Positions 55,943 through 64,000 of a stretch of DNA of 64,000 nucleotides are shown here, in pieces. Positions within the stretch are counted from its first letter, which is position 1, and every line of letters starts with the position of its first letter. The position numbers and the translations under genes are program-made. Below the pieces are notes generated by a model, which worked only from the letters and a program-made list of their open reading frames with translations, had not been told where the DNA came from and ran no database searches. Location: positions 20,625-84,624 of the forward strand of contig DASWNF010000009.1 in the NCBI GenBank assembly GCA_036399335.1, given 5' to 3'. This DNA comes from Minisyncoccota bacterium. GTDB taxonomy: Bacteria; Patescibacteriota; Minisyncoccia; Phycocordibacterales; Phycocordibacteraceae.

Positions 55943-57034
55943 ATGAGCGTCATCCTCTTCATCCTCATACTGGTACTGCTCATCGTCGTGCACGAGTTCG
56001 GGCACTTTGTCGTAGCGAAGCTTTCGGGCATGCGCGTCGATGAGTTCGGTATCGGGTACCCGCCAAGGATTGCCGGGTTCAGGAAAGGGGAGACGGAATA
56101 CACGCTTAACGCGCTCCCGTTCGGTGGCTTCGTAAGCATCTTCGGGGAAGACGACACGGAGGCTGGCTCGCCGCGCGCCTTTGCCGCGCGCCCGCGCATC
56201 CTCCAGGCAGCGACGCTCGTGGCGGGTATCGTGATGAACCTCCTTCTCGGCTACGTCATCATCTCGGGCATGCTTGCGGTGGGCACCCCGCGCTCGCTCA
56301 CTGCAGAAGAAGCGGCGCGCACTCCGGACGCGCGTCTCGTCGTAGCGAGCGTCCTGCCGGGCAGTCCTGCAGAGAAGGCCGGCCTACAGGCAGGGGATAC
56401 GATTAAGGAAACGACGAATGCCGCCGGTATATTTACAACGAACGACCCCTCCGCATTCACGGCGTACGTGTCGGATACCGTCGTGAGCGGCCCGCTTACA
56501 CTCGTAGTCGAGCGTAATGGCGCGCTTGAATCGCTTACGGCAGCCCCTGAGACCGGCGTGATAGCCGGGGAACCGGAACGCCGCGCGCTTGGCATATCGC
56601 TTGCGACCGTGGGCACGCTTGCAGTGCCGTGGTACTTGGCGCCTATCGAGGGCGCGAAACTTACCTGGGAAATAACCAAGCAGGTGGGAGCTGGGCTCAT
56701 TGGTTTCTTTGGCAGCGTCTTTACGCTTTCGGCGGACCTTGCACAAGTCTCGGGACCTGTCGGCATTGCAGGCGCCGTGGGCGACGCCTATGACCAGGGA
56801 CTAACGCCCCTCTTTACCATTACCGCGCTCATATCCATAAACTTGGCGCTCATTAACCTCCTTCCGATACCGGCGCTCGATGGCGGCAGGCTCCTCTTCG
56901 TCATTATCGAATCCATCACTCGTCGCCCGATACCGGCCTTGTTCGTGCGGACGGTGAACGTTGCCGGTTTCGCCTTCCTCATCCTCCTCATGCTGGTCAT
57001 AACGGCGAGCGATATCCTGAAGCTCGTGTTCTAG
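55943..57034 (+). CDS. rseP: RIP metalloprotease RseP (site-2 protease, M50) with PDZ domain
   Basis: HEFGHFVVAK HExxH, PDZ segment, LNLLPIPALDGG motif. Confidence 0.92.
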   Translation: MSVILFILILVLLIVVHEFGHFVVAKLSGMRVDEFGIGYPPRIAGFRKGETEYTLNALPFGGFVSIFGEDDTEAGSPRAFAARPRILQAATLVAGIVMNLLLGYVIISGMLAVGTPRSLTAEEAARTPDARLVVASVLPGSPAEKAGLQAGDTIKETTNAAGIFTTNDPSAFTAYVSDTVVSGPLTLVVERNGALESLTAAPETGVIAGEPERRALGISLATVGTLAVPWYLAPIEGAKLTWEITKQVGAGLIGFFGSVFTLSADLAQVSGPVGIAGAVGDAYDQGLTPLFTITALISINLALINLLPIPALDGGRLLFVIIESITRRPIPALFVRTVNVAGFAFLILLMLVITASDILKLVF

Positions 57035-57052
57035 CGAGGTATACTAATTCCT

Positions 57053-57346
57053 ATGGACGAAGAACAGCTGACGCTTGCGCGGATGCAGCAACTCCTTGAG
57101 GAGAACCTCGAGCTTGCCGAGGAGAATAACCAGCTCCTGCGGAAGATGCGCCGTATGGGGCGCCTTCGCATGGTTGGCTGGATCCTTCTCATCATCCTCC
57201 CGTTCCTCCTTCTCATCCCGGTCATGAACGTACTTATCCCAAGTACTGGCGGGGAAGACTCGGGAATCTTCGGGCTCCCTACGGTAGAGCGCGTACAACG
57301 GGCGCTTGAAGCCCTGCAGAGCCAGGAAATAGGGGAGCGGCTCTAG
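57053..57346 (+). CDS. hypothetical small membrane protein (N-terminal coiled coil plus 1 TM)
   Basis: Protein-like ORF. Confidence 0.5.
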   Translation: MDEEQLTLARMQQLLEENLELAEENNQLLRKMRRMGRLRMVGWILLIILPFLLLIPVMNVLIPSTGGEDSGIFGLPTVERVQRALEALQSQEIGERL

Positions 57347-57388
57347 TGGAAAAAGCAGGGCGATGTGCTAGCATACCTCTACTCAAGC

Positions 57389-57464
57389 GCTTGGATAGCT
57401 CAGTTGGTAGAGCACTTCCCTGAAGAGGAAGGGGTCGTCGGTTCGAACCCGACTCCAAGCACCA
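57389..57464 (+). tRNA. tRNA-Phe (anticodon GAA), CCA encoded
   Basis: Acceptor GCTTGGA/TCCAAGC, D-loop AGTTGGTA, anticodon loop CTGAAGA, T-arm GTCGG-TTCGAAC-CCGAC, ends ACCA. Confidence 0.9.
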
Positions 57465-57478
57465 CGTGAGGTTGAAAC

Positions 57479-57508
57479 AAAAAGAGCTGGCATGCGCCAG
57501 CTCTTTTT
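57479..57508. terminator. bidirectional terminator
   Basis: aaaaagagctggc-atgc-gccagctcttttt. Confidence 0.75.
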
Positions 57509-57510
57509 GT

Positions 57511-58047
57511 TTAGAGGATTGGGGCGAGGGGTACGTCTTTTATCTCCTTGAGGTCGAGCCCTTCGCGGACTTCCTTTAAGATGTTCTCCATTTCCTCTTT
57601 CTTTTTCGTAACCGCCTCGGAAGTATCTTCTATCTTCTCTGCGAGGTCTTTTGCTTCGGTAACCGTTTCGGTAACCTTGGGCAGTACTTTCTCGACGACT
57701 GGAAGCGGGAGCGCCGGGCGTACGGCGGGCGTTGCGCTCGCGCTTCCCGTCACGGCCTTCTTAAGTGACGGGACTGAAGACGTGGCTAGGGAGGTGGCCT
57801 CGGGGGCTGCCTGGGGTGTCGAAGTCGACATCGCTTCGAGTAATCCTGATTTTTTGAGCCCTGCCTTAAATTGCACGATAGGGTCTTCCTGCATCTCTAC
57901 CAGTAGGTTTGAGGCGGCCCAGCTTATGCCGAAGATGCCGAGGAAGCCCAGTATGCCGACAAGTACCCGTGGAAGGTATCTTCTAAAGAGACCAAACATT
58001 ACTATAAATAGTACCATTTTCGGTTTTGTTGCTTCAAGCGCATCCAT
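57511..58047 (-). CDS. hypothetical membrane protein (N-terminal TM, Ser/Thr/Ala-rich linker, charged C-terminus)
   Basis: Protein-like ORF. Confidence 0.5.
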   Translation of the reverse strand: MDALEATKPKMVLFIVMFGLFRRYLPRVLVGILGFLGIFGISWAASNLLVEMQEDPIVQFKAGLKKSGLLEAMSTSTPQAAPEATSLATSSVPSLKKAVTGSASATPAVRPALPLPVVEKVLPKVTETVTEAKDLAEKIEDTSEAVTKKKEEMENILKEVREGLDLKEIKDVPLAPIL

Positions 58048-58068
58048 AAAAGAGGCTATACTGACCCC

Positions 58069-59145
58069 ATGAACGGCCTACTCTCCTTCATAGAGCGCCA
58101 CGAACATCGGCTTTCGACCCTTGTCTTCATTACCGGTTTCGTTACCGACCTCCTGACTCTCACCCTGCTCGACCTCAGGCAAATCAACCTGGTTTTCCTC
58201 GCGTACCTCGGTATCGCGGCCCTGCTCACCATATGTACGCACACGTTCAGGCAATACGTGCACGAGCCAGCTTCCTGGCTCAGGAGTATTGCCGTATGCG
58301 CGCCTCTCGGAGCCGCCTTTACCATCGGGAGCATCCTCTCCGGTTGCCTCATCCTCTTTACCCGAAGTTCTGCGCTGTCGGTCTCATGGCCGTTCCTGCT
58401 GCTCCTCGGCATGATCTTCCTTGGGAACGAGCTTTTCCGCAGTTACCGCTCGCACCTGGTATTCCAGGGCATACTCTTCTTCTTTGCGCTCTACGCGTAC
58501 CTCATTTTTGCCATGCCGCTCTATACGCATGTGCTCGCGCCATGGGTCTTCCTCTGGAGCACGACGCTTGCCGTGCTCTTCTTCGCGCTTTTCATGTGCG
58601 TACTTGCACTCTTTAGTCGACAGCAGTTTTCGTCTACGCTTTGGCAGGTTATCGGCGGCGCAGCCGGCATCGTTGCCGTTGTGGTCGGGCTCTACTATAG
58701 CGGCCTGGTACCGCCGATACCGCTTACTCTTATGGAGAGCGGCGTATACCACAGCATCACGCGTACGCCTGACGGCTACGTCGTGACGCACGAGGGCGCA
58801 GGGCGCTGGTCGCGCTTCCTTGAGCGTACGGTACATCATGTGCCCGGCACGCCACTCTACGCGTACGGTGCCGTCTTTGCCCCGGCAGCCTTCTCCGAGA
58901 ACGTCATACATCGTTGGGAGCGCTACGACCCTGCACGCGGTGCGTGGGTGACCGAATCGGTCGTCGCCTTCACCCTCTCAGGAGGCCGTAAGCAAGGCTA
59001 TCGCGGCTACTCGGAAAAGAGCGACCCTAAACCCGGCACGTGGCGCGTAAGCATCGAGACCCTCGACGGGCAGGTAATCGGCCGGCTCCGTTTTGAAGTC
59101 GTGAACGTGTCCGTGCCGCCCCGGCTCTATACGAGTGTGCGATAG
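58069..59145 (+). CDS. DUF2914-domain membrane protein
   Basis: 7-8 TM helices plus a C-terminal domain (GGRKQGYRGYSEKSDPKPGTWRVSIETLDGQVIG) typical of DUF2914. Confidence 0.65.
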   Translation: MNGLLSFIERHEHRLSTLVFITGFVTDLLTLTLLDLRQINLVFLAYLGIAALLTICTHTFRQYVHEPASWLRSIAVCAPLGAAFTIGSILSGCLILFTRSSALSVSWPFLLLLGMIFLGNELFRSYRSHLVFQGILFFFALYAYLIFAMPLYTHVLAPWVFLWSTTLAVLFFALFMCVLALFSRQQFSSTLWQVIGGAAGIVAVVVGLYYSGLVPPIPLTLMESGVYHSITRTPDGYVVTHEGAGRWSRFLERTVHHVPGTPLYAYGAVFAPAAFSENVIHRWERYDPARGAWVTESVVAFTLSGGRKQGYRGYSEKSDPKPGTWRVSIETLDGQVIGRLRFEVVNVSVPPRLYTSVR

Positions 59146-59191
59146 CAAAAGCCTCCGACTATGCGGAGGCTTTGTGCGAAGGCGGATGCGG

Positions 59192-59698
59192 CTAGCCCGC
59201 CTTAACCTTGAGCTTTGTCTGGCGCGACTTATCGAGGCGCGGGAGGGCGAGCGTAAGGAGGCCGTCCTTTGCGCTTGCCGTCGCGTTATCAACGTCTATT
59301 TCCTGGGGCAGGAGGATGGTGGTGGAGAAGGAGCCCCAGAAAAGCTCGCGCTTGATGTAGTCGTGGTCCAAGACCTGGTCGCGCTCCTCGCGCACGCCGT
59401 CGATGACGACCATGTCACGGCTGATAGAAAGGTTGATGTCGTCAGGACGAACGCCGGCGACGAAGGCCCGAACGACGATCTCGTTCTCGGTCTGGTATAC
59501 GTCAACGGGGAGCTGCCCTTCGGCAGTGTCGGGCTCGTGGGCAGCGTATGTGTTTACGGCGACTGCGGATGGGGCTGATGAGGTGCCCGTTACGCCGCGT
59601 CGTACGCCGTATGCGGGTGCAACGTCGTCGTCGAAGGCATCGTAGTCGTCGATTGGGGCAGAGCCCGAGAGGCGATCGAAGAATGAGCGCTTTTTCAT
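59192..59698 (-). CDS. Hsp20/alpha-crystallin family small heat-shock protein
   Basis: Alpha-crystallin domain (ENEIVVRAFVAGVRPDDINL ... GLLTLALPR). Confidence 0.85.
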   Translation of the reverse strand: MKKRSFFDRLSGSAPIDDYDAFDDDVAPAYGVRRGVTGTSSAPSAVAVNTYAAHEPDTAEGQLPVDVYQTENEIVVRAFVAGVRPDDINLSISRDMVVIDGVREERDQVLDHDYIKRELFWGSFSTTILLPQEIDVDNATASAKDGLLTLALPRLDKSRQTKLKVKAG

Positions 59699-59708
59699 AA
59701 TGAAGTTG

Positions 59709-60461
59709 CTAGCAAGTGTTCTTTGGTAAATTGCGATACCTGAAGTAGCGCAGGGCCTCGAAGAGAGCGAAAAATACGACTGCCGAAGTCCAGACGGTCA
59801 GGAATGCGTACAACGTATAGGCGCCGTCTCCTTGGATTATAAAAAAGTTGAACACAGCATGCAATGCGATAGCAAGGATAAGTCCTGCTGCGGCGCAGAG
59901 GGCACGGACCGGTTTGGAATAGGTGAAGGAGAAGGCGAGTGCGAAACCGATGACGGATGAGGCCATAACGTGGAGCAGGGTTGCGCCGATAAAGCGGAGG
60001 TTGCCGGTCGCAAGCCCCGAGAGCACTTCGCCGCTTGCAAACGGCACGACGAGGAAGAGGACGTTTTCGAGGGCGGCAAAGCCGAGTGCAACCGTCAGCA
60101 TGTAAATGACGAGGTCGACAGATTCGTTGACGTCCTTCCGCCAAAGGACGAGGAGGGCGGCGAGACCGTACTTAAGTGTCTCTTCTACGATGGACCAGCC
60201 GAGGATGATGGGCATGCAGAGCGCACCGCCGCGGCATTCGGCATACGTGAGCCGGGCAAAATCACGCACGAGGGCTTCGAGCGGCAGGGCGAGCGGTATG
60301 GCGAGCATGCCGGCGGCGAAGGCGATGACCAGCATCGGCAGCGGTTCGGGGCAGCGCTCGTCCTCCTTGAGGAGGAAGTAAAGCCAGACGAGCGGCGGCA
60401 GCACGCCGCCCAGGAAGGCGTAACCGATGGTGCTGAGCGGGAGGGTCTGGAGGAGTTCCAT
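59709..60461 (-). CDS. prsW: PrsW-family intramembrane metalloprotease
   Basis: EETLKY (EExxK), FxxxH-type motifs (LHVMASS, HAVFNF), 7-8 TM helices. Confidence 0.75.
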   Translation of the reverse strand: MELLQTLPLSTIGYAFLGGVLPPLVWLYFLLKEDERCPEPLPMLVIAFAAGMLAIPLALPLEALVRDFARLTYAECRGGALCMPIILGWSIVEETLKYGLAALLVLWRKDVNESVDLVIYMLTVALGFAALENVLFLVVPFASGEVLSGLATGNLRFIGATLLHVMASSVIGFALAFSFTYSKPVRALCAAAGLILAIALHAVFNFFIIQGDGAYTLYAFLTVWTSAVVFFALFEALRYFRYRNLPKNTC

Positions 60462-60512
60462 AGAGGGCCGGTACGCCTAAGTATAGCCCGTCCATGCCCC
60501 GTATGCGGGGGA

Positions 60513-62639
60513 TTAGGCAGTGGGAGCTGAGGGCCAAGGGGCGACCATAAGGAGGCCATCCGTTCCCGGTACCGAGCCCCAAACCTCTTCGGTGACAAAA
60601 GGCATGAAGGGATGGAGGAGCTTCAGGGAGTCGGTAAGGAGCGACAGGAGAAGCGCCTGGCGCGACGCCTTGGCAGCGATGTCGTCGCCCTGGAGGAGCG
60701 GCTTTGATTCTTCGAGGATGACGGCAGCGAAGCGGTCCCAAACATAGTGGTAGAGCTTCTCGGCGGCAAGGTAGATGCGGTATGCCTCGAGGTCGGCGGT
60801 TACGTCCTTGGCAAGCGCGTCGAGTTCGGCGCGAAGTTCCTGGTCGGCATCCGTAAGCGGAGCGGTGAGGTCTGCGCCTTCAGTATTCTCAAGGACAAAG
60901 CGCGCAATATTCCAGAGCTTGTTGGCGAAGTGCTTGTAGCCCTTGACCTTATCCTCGCGGAGCGCGAGGTCGGTGCCCGGAGTATTCCCGACGACGAGGC
61001 TCATGCGGAGCGCGTCCGTGCCGTACTTGTCGGTGAGTTCGAGTGGGTTGATGACATTGCCCTTCGACTTCGACATCTTCTTGCCGTTCGCGTCGTTCAC
61101 GAGGCCGTGAAGGTAGATGGTGTGGAAGGGCGCCTTGCCCGTCAGGTACAGGCTAAAGGCGACCATACGCGCTACCCAGAAGAAGATGATGTCGCGGCCG
61201 GTTTCCATGACGTCAGTCGGGAAGTGCGCGCCGTAGTCAGGACCGTCCGGGTACCCAGTGACCATAAGCGGCCACTGGCCGGAAGAAAACCACGTATCAA
61301 AGGTGTCTGCGTCGCGTTCCCAGCCTTCACCCTCGGGCTGTTCGAGGGATGCCACTACCTCTTCGGCAGCGGTGCCGCGCCCGCGGAACCAAGCGGGGAT
61401 TTGGATGCCCCAGACAATCTGGCGGGAAATATTCCAATCGAGGACATTTTCCATCCAGTGGCGGAATATTTTCGCTTCGTTATCGGGCACGAAACGGAAG
61501 TCACCGGCGGCCTCGGCCGCAAGCGCTTTCTCGGCAAGCGGTGCCATCTTCACGAACCACTGGTCCTTAACCTGGGGCTCGATCAAGGTCGCGCACTTAT
61601 AGCAGCGCTTTACGACGTGTCGGTAAGACTCGTCAATGCGGGTGACGAGGCCCTTCGCACGGAGCTTCTCGACGATCTTCTCCCGCGCCTCGGCTATCTT
61701 CATGCCTTCGAACTCGCCTGCGATAGGCAGGAGCTTTCCGCGCCAATCGAGAATTTGCTCCATGGGGAGGTCGTACTTCTTAGCCAGGTCGAAGTCAACC
61801 TGGCTGTGCCAGGGGGTAATGGTCATGACGCCGGTACCGAATTCCGGGTCGATGACCTCATCCTTGAGTACCGTCGCCTCGATAGGCCCGTTAATCCACT
61901 CCACCGTGAGCTTCTGGCCGTGTTCGTAGCTTGCATAGCGCGCATCGTCCGGATGCATGACGACGTACTTGTCGGCGAACTTCGTTTCGGGGCGCGCCGT
62001 CGCAATCTCAAACGGGCCGTACTGGAAGTAGTAGAGCTTCGACGGCTCGTCGACGCTTTCGGTCTCGATGTCGGAGAGGGAGGTCTGGTGCTTCGAACAC
62101 CAGTTCACGATGCGGTTGCCGCGGTAGACGAGCCCGTCCCCGTGCATCTTTACGAAGGTTTCTTGCACGCGGGTCACGACGTCCGGGTCGAGGGTGAACT
62201 TCTCACGCGACCAATCGCATGAAGCGCCAAGCGCGCGCACCTGGCCTTCCATGTTCTTCTTATTCTCAAGCGTAAAGGCGAGGATCTCCTCATAGAGTTC
62301 CTTCGGGTCCATCTGGAAGCGGGAGCGACCCTCCTTCTCGAGCTTCTTCTCGTAGACGACCTGGGTCTCAAAGCCTGCGTGGTCTGCGCCCGGGATCCAA
62401 AGCGCCTTATATCCCTGCATGCGGCGGAAGCGTATGAAGAGGTCTTCAAGGGTAATGAAGAGCGCGTGGCCGGCGTGGAGGTTGCCGTTCGCGTTTGGCG
62501 GGGGCATCACGATGGTGAATGCCCGACTTCGCTCGCCCGGAAGGTTGTCCGGGTTAAAGTACCCGCTTTCTTCCCAGCGCTCATAGATAGGCTTCTCGGC
62601 TTCGAGCGGGTTGTACGGCTTAAGGAATTTCTCGTCCAT
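60513..62639 (-). CDS. valS: valine--tRNA ligase (short form)
   Basis: HIGH-type PNANGNLHAGHAL, KMSKSKGNV, and ValRS-like editing domain. Start taken at MDEKFLKPYNP; the ORF is open to 62762. Confidence 0.85.
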   Translation of the reverse strand: MDEKFLKPYNPLEAEKPIYERWEESGYFNPDNLPGERSRAFTIVMPPPNANGNLHAGHALFITLEDLFIRFRRMQGYKALWIPGADHAGFETQVVYEKKLEKEGRSRFQMDPKELYEEILAFTLENKKNMEGQVRALGASCDWSREKFTLDPDVVTRVQETFVKMHGDGLVYRGNRIVNWCSKHQTSLSDIETESVDEPSKLYYFQYGPFEIATARPETKFADKYVVMHPDDARYASYEHGQKLTVEWINGPIEATVLKDEVIDPEFGTGVMTITPWHSQVDFDLAKKYDLPMEQILDWRGKLLPIAGEFEGMKIAEAREKIVEKLRAKGLVTRIDESYRHVVKRCYKCATLIEPQVKDQWFVKMAPLAEKALAAEAAGDFRFVPDNEAKIFRHWMENVLDWNISRQIVWGIQIPAWFRGRGTAAEEVVASLEQPEGEGWERDADTFDTWFSSGQWPLMVTGYPDGPDYGAHFPTDVMETGRDIIFFWVARMVAFSLYLTGKAPFHTIYLHGLVNDANGKKMSKSKGNVINPLELTDKYGTDALRMSLVVGNTPGTDLALREDKVKGYKHFANKLWNIARFVLENTEGADLTAPLTDADQELRAELDALAKDVTADLEAYRIYLAAEKLYHYVWDRFAAVILEESKPLLQGDDIAAKASRQALLLSLLTDSLKLLHPFMPFVTEEVWGSVPGTDGLLMVAPWPSAPTA

Positions 62640-62667
62640 GTAGCCCAAATATAGCAGAGTTACGGCG

Positions 62668-63855
62668 TTATTTAAGCCGGGTACCGAGCGCGCGATTGCC
62701 GTCCGCAATGAGCCCGTCCGCATCTGCAAATTCGCCCCGCTTCGCCCGGAAGTATCCGGCAAGCGCGATCATGATGGCGTTATCGCCTGTAAGGAAGGGC
62801 ACTGGTATGGAAAGCGAGACTTCAGGGTGGTCGGCGGGGAGCTTTTCCGAGAATACCCGCTTTATGTACGCGTTAGCCGAGACGCCACCGCCAATCGCAA
62901 GCGATAGCGCGCCGGTCTCTTCAATAGCCCGCACGGTCTTCGCGTAGAGTACGTCGGCAACGGCCTCCTCGAAGGCGAGCGCCATGTCCTCCTTCTCCGT
63001 CTCGTCGAGTTCTTTATCCTTCACGAGGTACAGCACGGCCGTCTTAAGGCCGCTAAAGGAGAAATCGCAGCTGTCGCTCGTAAGCATGGGGCGCGGAAGG
63101 GTGAACGGGTTGGCGCCGCCGCGCTCGCGCGCCCTCTCTGCGAGCCGCGAAATCTCAGGGCCGCCCGGATAGGGAAGCGCGAGCATGCGCGCGACTTTAT
63201 CGAAGGCTTCGCCCACGGCATCATCACGCGTCTGCCCGACGAGCCGGTACTCGAGCCAGTCGGTCATCTCGACTATTTCCGTATGGCCGCCCGAGATGAG
63301 GAGGCCGAGCAAGGGAAGCGACGTCTCGGGAAGGAGATATGCGTTAGCTTCTTGTTCTTGTAAGAGCGCTGCGAGCAAATGCCCCTCCATGTGATTTACC
63401 GAGATGAGCGGCTTGTGCCATACGAGCGCGAGCGCCTTTGCGAAGTTAACCCCTACCCAAAGCGCGGGCTCGAGCCCGGGGCCGGCCGTCACGGCAATGG
63501 CATCGATATCCGGCACCCCGTACTCGCGCAGCATGGCGAGGAGCGCACCCGCGAGGTCGCCCTCGCGCTCAAGCAGTGTGCCAAGCGCAGACTCAATGTC
63601 GGCAGGGATGCTTTGCAGGTCTTTCCGGAGCATCTCTGCTTCTTCGAGCGCCGCAGAAAGGAGCGGTACGAGGTTCTTTGCATGCTCGCGCTTCGCGAGC
63701 ATGGGGTACACGCCGCCGTATTCGCGGTGTACTTCTATTTGCGAGAGGAGGGCATTCCCGAGAATAGTGAAAGACGTGCCGCCTTCGGCCACTGTCCCCT
63801 CGACGATGGCAATCGCCGTTTCGTCGCAGCTCGTTTCTATGGCCAGGATTCGCAT
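62668..63855 (-). CDS. tsaD: tRNA N6-adenosine threonylcarbamoyltransferase TsaD (Kae1/Gcp family)
   Basis: MRILAIETSCDETAIAIVEG N-terminus. His/His/Asp metal-site pattern of the ASKHA fold. Confidence 0.92.
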   Translation of the reverse strand: MRILAIETSCDETAIAIVEGTVAEGGTSFTILGNALLSQIEVHREYGGVYPMLAKREHAKNLVPLLSAALEEAEMLRKDLQSIPADIESALGTLLEREGDLAGALLAMLREYGVPDIDAIAVTAGPGLEPALWVGVNFAKALALVWHKPLISVNHMEGHLLAALLQEQEANAYLLPETSLPLLGLLISGGHTEIVEMTDWLEYRLVGQTRDDAVGEAFDKVARMLALPYPGGPEISRLAERARERGGANPFTLPRPMLTSDSCDFSFSGLKTAVLYLVKDKELDETEKEDMALAFEEAVADVLYAKTVRAIEETGALSLAIGGGVSANAYIKRVFSEKLPADHPEVSLSIPVPFLTGDNAIMIALAGYFRAKRGEFADADGLIADGNRALGTRLK

Positions 63856-64000
63856 ACGTAGTCAGGGCTACTGACCGTTAGGGGTTCGTGGCTTTTGTAT
63901 TGCCCGTATCCTCATTCGTTTCGACTATTTCCCAAGGGAACGGCCCTTCGCGGGGTATTAGGAAGCCTGCGGAATTGGGGTGCCCGTTGCCGCCGTATTT

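Overview
This is a GC-rich bacterial chromosomal segment. Gene content (class II RNR, type IV pilus operon, a DGR, many small hypotheticals) suggests a Patescibacteria/CPR-like organism, but that is inference only. Most of the window is housekeeping genes. RNA and protein turnover: DEAD-box helicase, RNase J, RseP, HtpX, PrsW. Chaperones and repair: groES/groEL, msrA/msrB, Hsp20. DNA repair: Nth, a MutY-like glycosylase, Ogt. Translation: lepA, frr, valS, tsaD. Envelope: murJ and an O-antigen-ligase-like/TPR fusion. Four tRNA genes (Ser-GGA, Gly-CCC, Arg-CCT, Phe-GAA) and an RNase P RNA on the minus strand can be read directly. Three things stand out. (1) A complete diversity-generating retroelement (DGR) at 24.2-27.3 kb: RT, Avd, template repeat and a target gene whose C-terminal variable repeat differs from the TR only at TR adenines, with a downstream 12-bp-stem hairpin, all next to tRNA-Ser. 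(2) Two AT-richer islands (0.8-2.8 kb and 33.8-38.6 kb) whose ORFs are each bounded by a recurrent ~30-bp motif (consensus GTTCCAnCATCGTCCCAGAnnGCCAGCAA; 8 copies). They contain an ANT/AadA-like nucleotidyltransferase and a 1246-aa PEP-utilizing-enzyme-like protein with two phosphohistidine swivel domains. This may be an undescribed cassette-boundary or regulatory element. (3) A minus-strand type IV pilus/pseudopilin operon (pilB, pilC, three prepilin-type proteins and a large pilin-like protein with an LVIVD-repeat beta-propeller) flanked by a two-component system. Smaller points are reported below, including a putative promoter/terminator-bounded small RNA upstream of a HAD hydrolase, a standalone IMP-cyclohydrolase (PurH N-terminal) domain protein, and Arg/Gly-rich N-terminal extensions on RNase J and the DEAD-box helicase.
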